From assembly GCF_009914755.1 (NCBI RefSeq), contig NC_060944.1: DNA of 64,000 nucleotides, one strand, 5' to 3'. Below are positions 1-42,901 of the stretch, piece after piece (within the stretch, counting starts at the first letter, position 1; each line of letters begins with the position of its first letter). Both the position numbers and the translations under genes were made by a program. The notes under the pieces were generated by a model that worked only from the letters and a program-made list of their open reading frames with translations, was not told the DNA's origin and did no database searches. Origin of the DNA: the human T2T-CHM13v2.0 reference genome, Homo sapiens.

Positions 1-2
1 TG

Positions 3-297
3 TCTGGGCTCAGTGGCTCACACCTGTGAGCACTTTGGGAGTTCAAGGCAGGACGATCGCTTGAGCCCAGGAGTTTAAGAGCAGCCTGGCCAACATGGCA
101 AAACTCCGTCTCTACCAAAAATACACAAAATTAGCCAGGTGTGGTGGTGCACACCTATAATCCCAGCTACTCAGGAGGCTGAGGTGGGAGGATCACTTGA
201 GCCCAGGAGGTTGAGGCTAAAGTGAGCTGTGATTGTGCCACTGTACTCTAGCCTGGGTGACAGAGAGAAACCCTGTCTCAAAAAAAAAAAAAAAAAA
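3..297 (+). mobile_element. Alu (AluJ/S-like), full length with poly(A)
   Basis: Dimeric Alu consensus with A tail. Confidence 0.92.
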
Positions 298-299
298 GC

Positions 300-590
300 C
301 AATTTAAAAATAAATAAATAAGTGAAAGATTCAATACCTGTAAAGCACCTTCTCCTGCCTGGCATAGAACAGGGCTGTCTGGAGATAGCAGTGTGGTTAT
401 GATTTCTGCTGCTGTTCCTAGTGTGACAGTATAAGGGGATAGGCATATAATGTGGTGACAGGCAGACAAGGATTTGAATCCAGGCCCCGTAATATCACTT
501 GCATGAGGCAAGGTCTCTCTGAGCCTCAGTTTCTTTGCCTATATAATGGGCACTGATATGTCAACCCTCAACTTGAACTTGAGGATTCAA
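300..590 (+). mobile_element. MIR fragments
   Basis: MIR core ctctctgagcctcagtttc, plus gatttgaatcc and tgcctggcatag motifs. Confidence 0.65.
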
Positions 591-698
591 GTTCCAGCTG
601 CCCACCCATCCACCCAGGATGGTGTGAAGAGGACTTGGGATTCCAACAGGCCCTGGAAGGGATGACCTTTAAGGTCTTGCTGGTCTAGCAAGGCTGAA

Positions 699-708
699 CT
701 ATAAATAG
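699..708. promoter_or_regulatory. MEF2 consensus site
   Basis: CTATAAATAG matches YTA(A/T)4TAR; function not shown. Confidence 0.45.
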
Positions 709-849
709 TCCCCAGACTCTGGCAGGCCCTATAACAGGGATGACCAGCAGAGCCCAGGGGTTGCCACACTTTGGGGGATAAAATCTCACCTTACCACACC
801 CTTGAGTAGTACAGGGGTTACAACCTATACAAAATCCCAAAAGCATGTG

Positions 850-1125
850 ACCCTTTTGACCTAACAGCAACCCTTCCAGGAACCACCCTTCAGATGAGTG
901 CTCACAGGTGCACAGAAGGCTTATAGCGCTATTGTCCATCCTGCAAGAGGCTAGGGACAACTTGAATATTCATGAATAGGGGCTGCTAAAAACAAGATGT
1001 GAACTCCCTGACTGGCAGACACTCACTACTCAGTCTTGTTCATAGCTATATCCTTGGTGCCTGCATCTAGTCCTGGCACAGAGCAGGGGCTCAGTAAATA
1101 TATGTTACATGAATAAACAAATCCA
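850..1125 (+). mobile_element. Old L1M 3'-region fragment interrupted by an L2 3' end
   Basis: ttgacctaacagcaacccttccagg... resembles L1ME; gtcttgttcatagctatatcc...cctggcacagagcaggggctcagtaaata resembles the L2 tail. Confidence 0.55.
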
Positions 1126-1129
1126 TGGG

Positions 1130-1303
1130 ATTTTTTTTTTTAATTTGTAGACATGGGGTCTTGCTATGTTGTCCAAGCTGGAGTGCAGTGGCTGTTCACA
1201 GGTGCATCATAGTGCACTCCTGCCTCGAATTCCTGGCCTCAAACAATCCTCCAACCTCAGCTTCAGGAGTAAATAGGACTACAGATGTGTAGTCCTCCAG
1301 CCC
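1130..1303 (-). mobile_element. FAM-like free Alu monomer
   Basis: Monomer with gtggctgttcacaggtgc (7SL-like segment retained in FAM) and poly(T). Confidence 0.75.
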
Positions 1304-1341
1304 AATAATGGGACACCACATAACCATTAAAAAGAATGAGG

Positions 1342-5009
<3,668 letters not shown>

Positions 5010-5811
5010 TCATGGTGTTGAGCACAGTGTGGATGCTCAATAAGCAGCAGATGCTACCATCCTGATTATTATCACTATTATTTCCTCCACCACCAGCAGC
5101 AGCCAGGGTCACACAGCTCGTCAGGGCCAGAACCTGCCTACAGAGGCCCACAAGACATTTTAATCAAGGTCCGGGGAACAGGCCAGGGCTGGATTAAGCC
5201 AAGTTTTGTTTGTGGGGAGTCACATGGTCCAAAGCTATGCGTGTGCACAGCCAAGTAAACTTTTCCTTGAGAACAATGGTCAGAACAACAGGTCTTTGCG
5301 GCCATGGGAGAACTGAACAGGAGTTCCATTCATGCCCTCTTCCTGGGACAGGGGTCCCTCCAGCATCTCTGGGGCACAGCATGACTCAGCTAAGTTGAAA
5401 CAGGGTGGCCCCAAATTAGCTACATCCAGAATGACATCCCGCTTTTGACAGTGGTGATGCATCAAGCCAGATCAAAGGCAGGACACCTGGCAGTGGCCAT
5501 CTTCCTGGGAAGAGCCAGTAGGGAGCTGGCCTTAGAGTTCTGAGGACTCAGAACAGAAAAGCTCAAGAGTCAGTCAAGCTCAGCATGATTCTCAAGTCCC
5601 ATCTTAAACATTTAGGAAAGTCAACAGCAATTGAAAAGGTGAAAGGTAAAGTAGAAAGGGTCCAAGATATACCCCACTGATCAGTCTCCAAACACTCACC
5701 AAGATCTAATGTATGTTGGGCTCAGTGCCAGACCTGGGGGCTGAGAGACAAGCTACATGTGGTTCCTGCCCTCAAACAGCTTCCAGTTTACTAAAGAAAA
5801 CAATAACAGGA

Positions 5812-7083
<1,272 letters not shown>

Positions 7084-7917
7084 TAGGAGGCAGGTTGGGG
7101 TTGCTGAGGCTCAGCTGAGCCCCCAACTTAGGCCAGGGAAGTAAGGCTCTAGCTGACACCTGGAGTTTGCTGGTAATGCTTGTTCTCCCAGGACATCCTC
7201 AGGGGATTCACTATCCACTGAGCTGGAAAAATATCCAGTTGCCTTGCCAAGTTCACATCCAAAGGACAGGCCATCCTTCCATGGCCCCTTGGAGGCGTCC
7301 TCAGTAATGGGATGTGAGTGGGGAAATGTTGAACAATGTGGTCAGTGATTCAACTCCGGGGAAACCTAGGCCCAGAGAGGGTCCCAGGAACCCTGGCTGC
7401 TCCAGACTGGTGCAACTGCCAGGCCCAGACCTTCTCCACTCCCCAAAGTCTCAAGGACCAGCCACAGCCCAGCATCCTCCTATCCTTCAGACCTCTCTGA
7501 TCACTCTTGCCATTCAGAGATTCCTGACTCCAGTGCCTTCCACCACTCCTCCTCCCCTCTTTGTGCTATCTTGAGTGGAATGACCTCCTTCCATGAGATC
7601 TTGGGCCAGGAGAATAGGTCGAAAAAGACTTCAACTAAGGAAAAGTGGGGAAAAACATGACGGCCACATTCTTCTTTCTCTTACCCAGGCCATAGGCAGG
7701 GTTCACCAAGGAATGATCTCGTCCTGTGAAACATCTCAGAGAATATAAGAGCAGGGGCCCCTCAGTCCTGGGATGATACACATGTTACTTCTCTACTGCA
7801 TCTGTAGTAGACATTGCTAATCAATTCCAGCTCCTTTCTGCTGAGCCCAGACAAAGCCTCCCAATCCTTCCAAATATGGAACTCACAGAACCACCAGTGG
7901 AGCTGACGCTTACACTC

Positions 7918-11540
<3,623 letters not shown>

Positions 11541-12046
11541 CAAGGCTTCTCCCAAAGGAGGATGAGTCTTGGGGTTTTAAGGCCCAGGCACTAAAAGAAC
11601 CTGAAGTCAAGAGCTCTCCAGGCCCCACAGGAAAGAATCTGACCTGCCCCTTCCCCAGTCCGCACCCCTCTCTCCCTGTGTCACTCAGGTGCTGGCACAC
11701 TCTGCCATGTACATTTTTGCCCTAGTCGCAACAACCCAGAAAGGCAGGAGCTACATCGCTGTTTTACAAATGAGGAAACTAAGGATCAGGGAAATGAAGT
11801 GACTTGTCCAGGGCTACACAGCTAGTGACTGGAAGACAGAAAATGCAAATCAGGTCTGCTTGGCTCTATGCCAACTCTCCCTCCACCACCCCACACTGTC
11901 TTCAGGCAGGTCCCCAAATTCTGTTTCTGTTTTCAGTCCTGCCCACCTCCCAGCCCCCAGTGCTGGGATGGGGCCTTCTGAGGCCTGGGGGAGGTAGAGA
12001 AGCAGTGGAACACCTCCACCCAGCCCCTCTGAACCCTGGAACGTCA

Positions 12047-12268
<222 letters not shown>

Positions 12269-12439
12269 TTAGGCAGATACTCCAACACTTGGGAGTCACA
12301 TCAAGACACAATTATTTCTGAAGGCTTCCCTTGGTGCCTAGCCCAGTGCTGGAAAAGGCAATGGGAGAATAAAGGGAATCTGAGAAAAATCTTGGAAGTT
12401 TGGGACACTAGTAACACTAATAATAAATCATTTTTGATT

Positions 12440-14076
<1,637 letters not shown>

Positions 14077-14289
14077 TCAAACCGGAATCAAGAGACAAGT
14101 CGGCTATTCCTATGGCCTCAAAAGACTGCTTTAGCAATCATAATGTTTTACAATCCAAAGTCCAGGCTGGAAACCAAAGCCTTAGAGTCTAGAGATTCTA
14201 AAAACCTGCCTGAATGGCATCTTGGATACAAAAGAAGCTAATACATTTTACTAAACATCTTTATTACCAAACTCTTAAATGCCCTTTTA

Positions 14290-15880
14290 AAATAAGAAAT
14301 AGTAATAAGAGTTCACCTTAGTTGCACTTACCAAATGCCAAGCACTGTGCTAAATGCTTTCAATGTTGATTCATTGCGTCTTTACAATACCCCATCACAT
14401 AGGTATGTTCAGTTTCCTATTAGGGAAACTGAAGTGTGGAGGGAAGCCCCTTGTCCAAGGTCACTCCACTAGTAAGTAGCGAAGCCAGTATTTGCACCTA
14501 GGCCTCCAGGCTCCAGAACCAACACTATTAGCCCTACCACAGACGACAAGTCAGGCCCTCAGATATCACACTCCTGGCTCATCCCCAGAATACTGAAGAT
14601 GAAGAATTAGTGGCCCAGAGTGGGAGGTCATTGTTCCAAGGTCACACAAGTCTGGTGGCGGAGCTGGGACTGGAACACCTCTCTTGACGCCCACACAGGC
14701 CCGACCGTTTGCTTATCTGCACAGAGCTTGAAGTCTAGGAGAGGAAGGGGTTTCTATTTATATCTGCCCTCCCCCACCTGAAACTAGGGGCTTCAGTTCA
14801 GTTTGAAGCTATGATCACTCATGGCTGCCTCAGACTAAGCTAGACTCTATAGGAGGGGTTACCATGGCAACAGGAGCCCAGATTTGGATCCAATGGAAAT
14901 ACCTGAAGTCTCCTAAAAGTACCCTCCCCTCCACCTAGAATTATGGAGCTGGGGAGTAACTTTGTGTGACCTTGCAAAGTCCCTGCTCCTCTCTGAGTCT
15001 CAGTGTGTCCATCTGCAGAATGGAATTCTGTATGAATAAGTTCCTTCCTGCTTTGACACACTGAGTGTATAATTTTTGGATTCATCTGTTGCCCTATCCC
15101 ATGCTGGAGATTGGGGGTAAGACTGGTGCCCATACCCTCATTTTCTCATTTCTCCTTTTTAGCCCCTCTTGGTTGGCTGCCTGGGGATCTGCCCTTCTAC
15201 AGGAAAGAATCAACTTCCCTGAGCACTCTCTGAGGGACAGTAGCTGATAATTAAGGTTCAAATCCCAGCACTGACACTCACTATGTAATCGTGGGAAAAT
15301 CATTTTAACTTTCTGAGTCTCAGTTTCTTCACCTGCAATATGGGAATTATACTCCCTACCTTTCACCACTTGTTGCCAGGATGAAGTGGATCATGAGACT
15401 AGTGTCCTGGGCACAGCACCTGGCACACAGTGGTGGCATTCACCACCATCCCCACCGCCTCAGCCAAGCCAAACGGTCTGGAGGCACTAGTCAACAGAAC
15501 CAGTACCAGGGAGACCCCAGAGGGTACGGTATGTATTCAAGGTGGAGACAAAGGCTGATACCCTTTCCCAAAGCACCTGCTGGGGGCTGGGACCCTGAGA
15601 AACAGATGGGCAGGAATAGTGAACCCAGCAGCTGGGGGTGTGCAAGGATTTTAACAACTATGTTTAGTTGCTTTGGGAGTATCTGCTGGCCTCCATTTTT
15701 CCTCTCCGCTAACAGCAGTAATTAACTAGGCACCTACAGTGTGCTGGTGTGGTGAGCCCTGCTCTCAGAAACATCACAACTCTGTCATCCTCTTATACAG
15801 TTGAGGAAACAGATTCAGAGGCGGGACGGGACTTTTGCAACCTCACACAGCTGATCCTGGATTCAAACACAGTCTGGTTG
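14290..15880. mobile_element. Multiple MIR fragments interspersed with unique sequence
   Basis: MIR motifs ggaaactga, caaggtcacac, tgtgaccttg, ctcagtttc, cctggcacacag. Confidence 0.65.
14858..14871. promoter_or_regulatory. RFX X-box motif
   Basis: GTTACCATGGCAAC fits the palindromic X-box consensus GTTRCCATGGYAAC; function not shown. Confidence 0.55.
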
Positions 15881-16414
15881 CACCCTAACTGCACCCCACT
15901 AGCGGTCAGTCCTGGGGGCTGAAAGCTCTATCCTGTGCAAGGTGGAGATAGTCAGATCAGGAGACCCAAATCCAGCTGTCAGGGCTCCCTGCAGCCTTCC
16001 TGGGTCCTTAGATTCCTAGGTCCTTGCTGGCCTTCTGCCTGTGACCCCAGCCTGTGCCTGCACCCAGGCCTCCTATCCACCCCTGTGCTTCCCAGACTCC
16101 AGGCTTCCCCTCTGCACCCACCTTGGTTGCTTCTCAGGGACTCCCTCCTCCCTGTCCCACTGGTGTCCCGGCCTCAACCCCCTTTCTCCACACTCTGCTT
16201 TCCGGGGGACCCCTCTTGTCCTTGATGTTCATGCTGGTTACCCCTCAGACCCCCCCGCCTCCACACAGAACTCCCACCCACGTGTCCTTGGTGCTCCCAC
16301 AATCTTATCCACACCTGTGTCTTCCGTGCCCCCTAAGGCCACCAACTACTGAAACCCCCTCCAACCTTGGTGTGCCCAGTGCCCTCCGTTACCTGTTTCC
16401 TCAGACCCCCCTTA

Positions 16415-17380
<966 letters not shown>

Positions 17381-17959
17381 CAAGGCTTGAGTTTAAGAGG
17401 TAGACACCGTCTGGGCGTGGAGGCTCACGCCTGTAATCCCAACACTTTGGGAGGCCTAGATGACAGCCCAGAAGCTCGAGGCTGCAGTAAGCCGCGATCG
17501 CGCCACTGCACTCCAGCCTGGGTGACAGAGCGAAACCCTGTGTCAAAAAAAAAAAAAAAAAAAAAAGGTAGATGCTGAGCCGCGAGAGACCTTGCGGGCA
17601 CAGTTGCTAGTTGGGGAGCTGAGGAAGAAGTTGGTTTCCTATCGGGGAGGGCGGGGGATGGGGGGTGGGGGTCGAGGCTTTGGTCTGTGGGCGTGGCTTA
17701 TCGCTGGCGTGGCTTCTAAAGATGACAGGCCCCGCCCCCTGGAGGAGACCGCTACCGACACCGCTTAGGGCTTGGGGGAGGTGTGGGCAGGATCCCCACT
17801 TCAAAACTGGAGGGAAGTTTAAGAGATTAACCCCTGGCTGTGTTCACAGTCGAGTATAGAAAAGCCTGAAGTCCCACACTTTGAGGCCTGGCAGAAAAAA
17901 AACAGAACTGGTGTGTGGGAAGAGGGTTGCAAGGTGGGGCTCTGGGTCTGGGCGACTGG

Positions 17960-19395
<1,436 letters not shown>

Positions 19396-19491
19396 AAAGT
19401 GAGAGGAAGGAAGGAGAGAAGGGAGGCAGGGAAGGAATATAGCATTGTATATAAGCATTGATATCTTAAAAGTATGACTGTGCTTAAAGAT

Positions 19492-20007
19492 TGTAGGACA
19501 GCCTGAGGAATTTGGGGTAAGCACTTGTGATAAATAACTACAGCCTACTTGGCTTGTGGAAGCTTCACTCCAATGGTAGAGAAGGGAGGGGAGGACAGAC
19601 CTGGCAGGAGGCAAGAGACCAGCAGGGAATTGAAGCTCCTTTCCCAAGACCAAAGCCTGGAACCAGATCCTTAAAAGTCCCCCCACGTACTGCCCTGCTT
19701 AAAAAAGACTTAATGAGGCCCAGACAAACTTACTGAGAAAGAGCCCTAAGAGAGGGCTTCTCCTCTGGGGGACAGTTTCCTGTGGATATAACAGGAAGGA
19801 AGGAAGTAGGGAAAGGAGTGATGTGTGCAAAGGGGCTAACACAGAAAGAAGATGTAGAGCCAAGGAAACAGTGACGTGTGTATGCATATGTATACGTCTG
19901 TATGTGAGTATGGGTGTGTGTGTTTGTGATCACACTTGATAGGCAGTGCCAATCACCTGTAGCTACCCCCAAGAACCCTGTAGCTGCAGGAATGCTCTAT
20001 CCCTACA
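19492..20007. mobile_element. Possible ancient solo LTR, family not identified
   Basis: ~515-bp non-Alu segment bounded by inverted termini TGTAGG...CCTACA; no TSD visible. Confidence 0.35.
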
Positions 20008-20204
20008 CTGTGGTCAGCCGATGCCTCTCTGCTGTGGCTCAGAAATTGGCCTCCCAGATAGATACACATAGGCCCGGCTCCCTGCCAAGCCCCAGGCAGA
20101 GCTCCCAGAGAAAACCAGTTCACTCCCAAGGAATAGGAGAGGGGGAAGGGGAAAAAAAGGGAGAGAGGGGAGCTGCCCAGCCTACTAAAGTCTCTGCAAG
20201 CTCT

Positions 20205-23551
<3,347 letters not shown>

Positions 23552-23554
<3 letters not shown>

Positions 23555-24384
23555 GACAGGCGAGCCCCAAATTGGGCCTTAGCCTGGGAAAGTTCTTGGC
23601 TTCTCCCAGGAAATAATTCAAAGGTGAGCCAGTGGTATCAGACAGCAACTTTTATTGAAGCAGCAGCGTACAGCAGCAGCAGAGGGACTGCCCTTGCAGA
23701 GGAGGGTTAACACACAGGCAGTGTGCCCAGAAGAGTTTCATATGGGCTGGGGGCAGCTGTATTTATACCCACTTTTTTTTTTTTTGAGACGGAATCTGGC
23801 CCTGTTGCCCAGGTTGGAGTACAGTGGCATGATCTTGGCTCACTGCAGCCTCTACCCCACTGATTCCAGAGATTCTCCTGCCTCAGCCTCCCAAGTAGCT
23901 GGGATTACAGGTGTGTGCCACCACACCTGGTTCATTTTTTTGTATTTTTAGTAGAGATGGAGTTTCACTATGTTGGCCATGAACTCCTGACTTCAGGCGA
24001 TCTGCCCGCCTCAGCCTCCCAAAGTGCTAGGATTACAGACGTGAGCCACCCCGCCCGGCCTAGACCCACTTTTAATTATACACAAATTAAGAGGCAAGTT
24101 ATTCAGAACGTTCTGGAAAATGGACAGTTTCTGGAACCATATAAGGTAACTTCTGGGCCATTGCCATGGCCATTGCCAGAGCCTTTCTAAACTATCATGG
24201 CACTAGTGGGAGTGTCTTTATGCAAATGAGCAGTGAGGGCAACTAGCGGTCACTTTAGTCACCATCTGCTGATTTTGGCTGGCGTCTTCACTGCACCCTG
24301 GATTGACCAGTTTCTGCTCTGATCAGCGGGATGGTGACCAGTCATAACCAGTGCTTGGAAAACAAATCTTGCTGATCTACCTCA
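23552..24384 (-). mobile_element. ERV1 solo LTR, MER50-like, interrupted by an Alu (~23773-24060)
   Basis: acaggcgagccccaaattggg...aattcaaaggtgagccagtggt...gacagcaacttttattgaagcagcag matches recalled MER50; ends ctacctca; gacccact/atacccact-like duplication around the Alu. Confidence 0.75.
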
Positions 24385-31816
<7,432 letters not shown>

Positions 31817-32270
31817 TAACAGGTCACTTCCTCGCTGTCTCACTTTTCTCATCTGTAAAATGAGGATAATAAAACAAAAGACTGGAGGGTTCTGAAAGCA
31901 CTAAATTGGCCTTGTGTAAGCAAAGTACCTGGCACATGAGAGACTCCATGAACTTCAGTTCCTTCCCCTGGCTTTATTTTAGTTATTTGTTTGTTTGTTT
32001 GCTTTTCTACTCCACAATAGAGGTAATGGACTGTTTTTATTTAAACAAATGTTAAAATGTCATTTAACAGATATTCACTGTCACTGTGTCCCTGGTCCTG
32101 TCCTTGGTACCGGTAACATAGAGTGGCATCCCAGGTGAGCAGGAAGCAGGGAGGCACCCCCTGTGCAAGGGCGATCCCCACCGAGACTAGGGTCTGCCTA
32201 TCTGGATTAAGAGCCACGATTCCAAATTCCTGCTGCCTTGCCACTCACTATGTGATAGATAATAATGTTT

Positions 32271-33457
<1,187 letters not shown>

Positions 33458-33477
33458 CAAACACAAAGCCTATGTGA

Positions 33478-34570
<1,093 letters not shown>

Positions 34571-35118
34571 TGACAGTGCACTAGCAAATGCTTTGCATCA
34601 TGCCTAGCACATAGTAAGTGTAGTAAGTGCTCAGTAAATTCAAAAACAAAACAGTGTTAGCTTCCCTGGAAGTTACTTCTCCCCTGGCAGCCCTTACTGC
34701 TTACTCAGGTCACCAATAACCCTCTTCAGATTACCAAAGCAGCCTGGCATTAGAGAGGAGGCAAAAACCCAGCATCTGAAGGCTGAAATTGCATCCCAGC
34801 TCCACCAACTACCAGCTGTGTGGCCTTGGGCAGTCAGCCTCTCTGTACTTTAGTTTCCTATGTGAAAAATTGGGATCAGAATAGTAGCTGCCTCTTAGGC
34901 TTGTTGTGAGGATTAAATAAGAGCACAGAACGGGCACAATACATGTTCAAGTCATTATTACTGTTATTATTATTACTACAACTACTACTGCTGTACTTTC
35001 TTCCACACCCACCCTGGTACCAATTCCTACAGATTCAACCTCCTAAAAGCCTCTCAAAGCAGTCTCTGGCCTCCATTTCCCAGGCCTGGCCCTTCCTATC
35101 ATTTCATGCCTCTATTAG

Positions 35119-35432
<314 letters not shown>

Positions 35433-36215
35433 CTTCTGAGCTCTGCCCAATTTCTCTCATGAGCTCTGCCCAATTTCTCTTTACTCATCTAACCCTTCTC
35501 CAGGCTGGTGGCCTCAGGGCTGGGGGGATTCTGTGGGTGGAGATCAGTCAAGGATAGTCAGAGGCTGGGATTGTGAAAAGGGGTTGGCCTCTGGCTCCAG
35601 GTTTTGTTCTTCACCCTGGAATCTGCTGCTTTGTACCAGCCAAAGTCAGGGTGCTCCTAGGGCCTGAAAATCCTACACCCTGGTTACACACACACACACA
35701 CGCAAACACACACACTCCTCCCCTATTATTTACTCCAAAAGTCCCATGCACATGCATGACCCTGGGGTGGTCCCCTCCAAGCCCCCCTACCCTGCCCCAC
35801 GCAGGCCAGAGCTCACCCACCCTCAGGATTCATCGCTGACGGCCCTGCATCCCTTTCCTCACAGATGTTTCACTTACCCTATTCTCTGCTCTGAAATTCC
35901 CTCAAAAGCATTCACTAGTAATTTTTCTAAATCACAGTAATTACCTCATTACTTTGATATTAATAGACTTCGCTTGGCAGCAAGGAGCCAGTTGAAAGGT
36001 GCCCAGGCTCTGTGTGTGGGGAGGGATTCCTGGAGGCAGCCCCACGTGAGTGCTGGCCGGGCTGCAGCCCTGTGTCTCACCCTGGCCTGCTTGCCTCCCC
36101 AGCCTGCCTGGGCTCTCATGTGCTCTTCCCCAAGTCAGGGAAAATCTTTGAACCACCCACTTCTGAGAAATGGTGAAAGAGAGAAGGAAGGAAGAAACGA
36201 AAGACACAGGAAAGG

Positions 36216-37606
<1,391 letters not shown>

Positions 37607-38619
37607 TTACTATCTGCCAGATGCCTTCCTTGCATTATCTTTCCTCATCCTCAGGACTGTTCTCTATGATGAGGCCTCAGGGGGCTGCATTTCAGCTGGG
37701 GAAATTGAGAGCTTAGGTGATCTGCCCAAGGACTCACTCTCAGTAGCAGATCTGGATTAACGCAGGTAGGCCTGACTCCCAAGCCTAACCTCCTAACCAT
37801 GAGGCTCTTCTGCAAGCATCCTCCACTCTAGGCCTCAGTTTCCCCATTCATAGCAGTCAGAGACTCTGTTGATGAGGGCTCACTGAGAGCCAGACACCAG
37901 TTTGCCACCTGGCCCATTGCACTTAATCCTATTACTGCATTTGAATCTATGACATGTTATAACCACGGGGCCATGCTGCCTTGGTTTTACCTGCTCACTC
38001 TCAAGTTGATGATAAGTGAGTTTCCAAGTCCAAGAGTCTCCAGGAACGTTGCAGACTTCCTCTACAAACAGGATCAGGAAGAGAAGATCTCAGCAGAAAG
38101 GCACCCCGGGGTGGGACAGGCCAGGGCTGAGAGTGATTGGGCAGCCACAGACTAGACTAGCCAAGCTGGTCAGGGTCAGGGTGGGGGTGCAGTATAGAGG
38201 ATCCTTTGTCAGGGCAGAAGCTGCAAGCCTCCCATCCCCACCATCTGGCTCCAGCTCCAGCCCAGTGATGCATGATGAGGAGAATGTTGGGGGGGTGTTG
38301 CTGAGGGCTGCCCACCTGCTCTGCCTCCTGGGATAAGCCAACCCGAGACCTCCCAGGCCCATCTGGCTAACACATCCCTAGGCCCTGACCACCCCTGGGA
38401 CTCCTTTTGACAGACTGAAATTGGCCGGGAGTGTGGCCAGCCTGTCAGGGTCACAGGTCACCATTAATCTGCCAGAACAAGGGAGGGCAGGCGGGTGGGC
38501 AAGCAGCCGGTGTGGGCAAAGCCCTGGCAGTTCCTGCCGTCTGCTGTGGTGGCTGTGGAGAGAGGCTTTCCTCTTCTGGGAGGCAGGGAGATGGATTAGA
38601 AAGAATCTAGGACCCTAGG

Positions 38620-38835
38620 AAAATTGAAGATACTCACGTCTCACTACCCAGCAATTCCACTTCTAGGTGGGGCCCCAGTGAAACTCACCCCTGTGCACAA
38701 GGTGTCATTGAAGCATAGCATGTGATAGTGAAATACCAGAAGAAAAGTAAGCGCCCATCAATAGGGAACAGGATAAATATAAAAACTGAGACAATCATAT
38801 TCAATGATTAAGGCTGAGAACTGAGGTCCTCTATG
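38620..38835 (+). mobile_element. L1ME-like 3' fragment
   Basis: acccagcaattccacttctagg...gtcattgaagcatagcatgtgatagtgaaa...cccatcaataggg. Confidence 0.65.
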
Positions 38836-38881
38836 TCAACAAGATTTGACTGTTTCAAGAAATTCTTACCTGGAAAGATAA

Positions 38882-42260
<3,379 letters not shown>

Positions 42261-42656
42261 GAGCCCACATCATTCGGCTCTCTGATGTGGAAATAGAGTC
42301 TCAAATGGGTCAAGAGATTTGCTGAAAGTCACACAGTAATAGCATCAATCTGTTTGGTTGCAGAACCATAACTGTCCTATTCTTGGGTGCCTCATGGGGG
42401 ATCCTCAGGGCCATGACTTCCAGACCATTTCTGAGCTTCATCAGTGGTACCTTCCCAGTCTGCAGATGCTATGTGACCTTCATCTTGGTTTCTTGGGCCC
42501 CCAAAGCCTCCTTCCAGTACCAGCAAGCTCCAAACCAAATAGGGTCTTATTGAGGCACCAGGAGCCTGGCTGGGACCCAGAAAGAGCCAAGTGTCCCCTG
42601 CCACACACAACACCAGGAGGCAGCAAGGGCGATCCCCAGCCCCCAGACTCCCAGCA

Positions 42657-42901
42657 TCTGTGATGCTATAACATTCCAAACAGTAGAATTCTCTGGCTGT
42701 GAAATTCTAAGTAATAGAACTCAGAAGGCTTGAAGTTCTAATCAATCAGGAAAACTTCCAGATGAAGGGAAGCTGCTGGGGTGCAAAAATCTCAGAGAGC
42801 AGCGGGGCATGGTGGTGCCTGCCTGCAGTCCCAGCTACTTGGAAGGCTGTGGCAGGAGAATCACTAGGAGTTGGAGGCTGCTGTGAGCTGTAATTGTGCC
42901 T
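42657..42901 (+). repeat. Left arm of ~245-bp inverted duplication (about three 31-bp units, linker, truncated FAM-like monomer)
   Basis: Reverse complement aligns to 45367-45610 with ~35 differences by hand count. Confidence 0.92.

Noticed and set aside
7890-7906. CTCF-like ccaccagtggagc; similarly ~29863-29878
   Set aside because: Each needs a 1-bp gap to fit the CTCF core.
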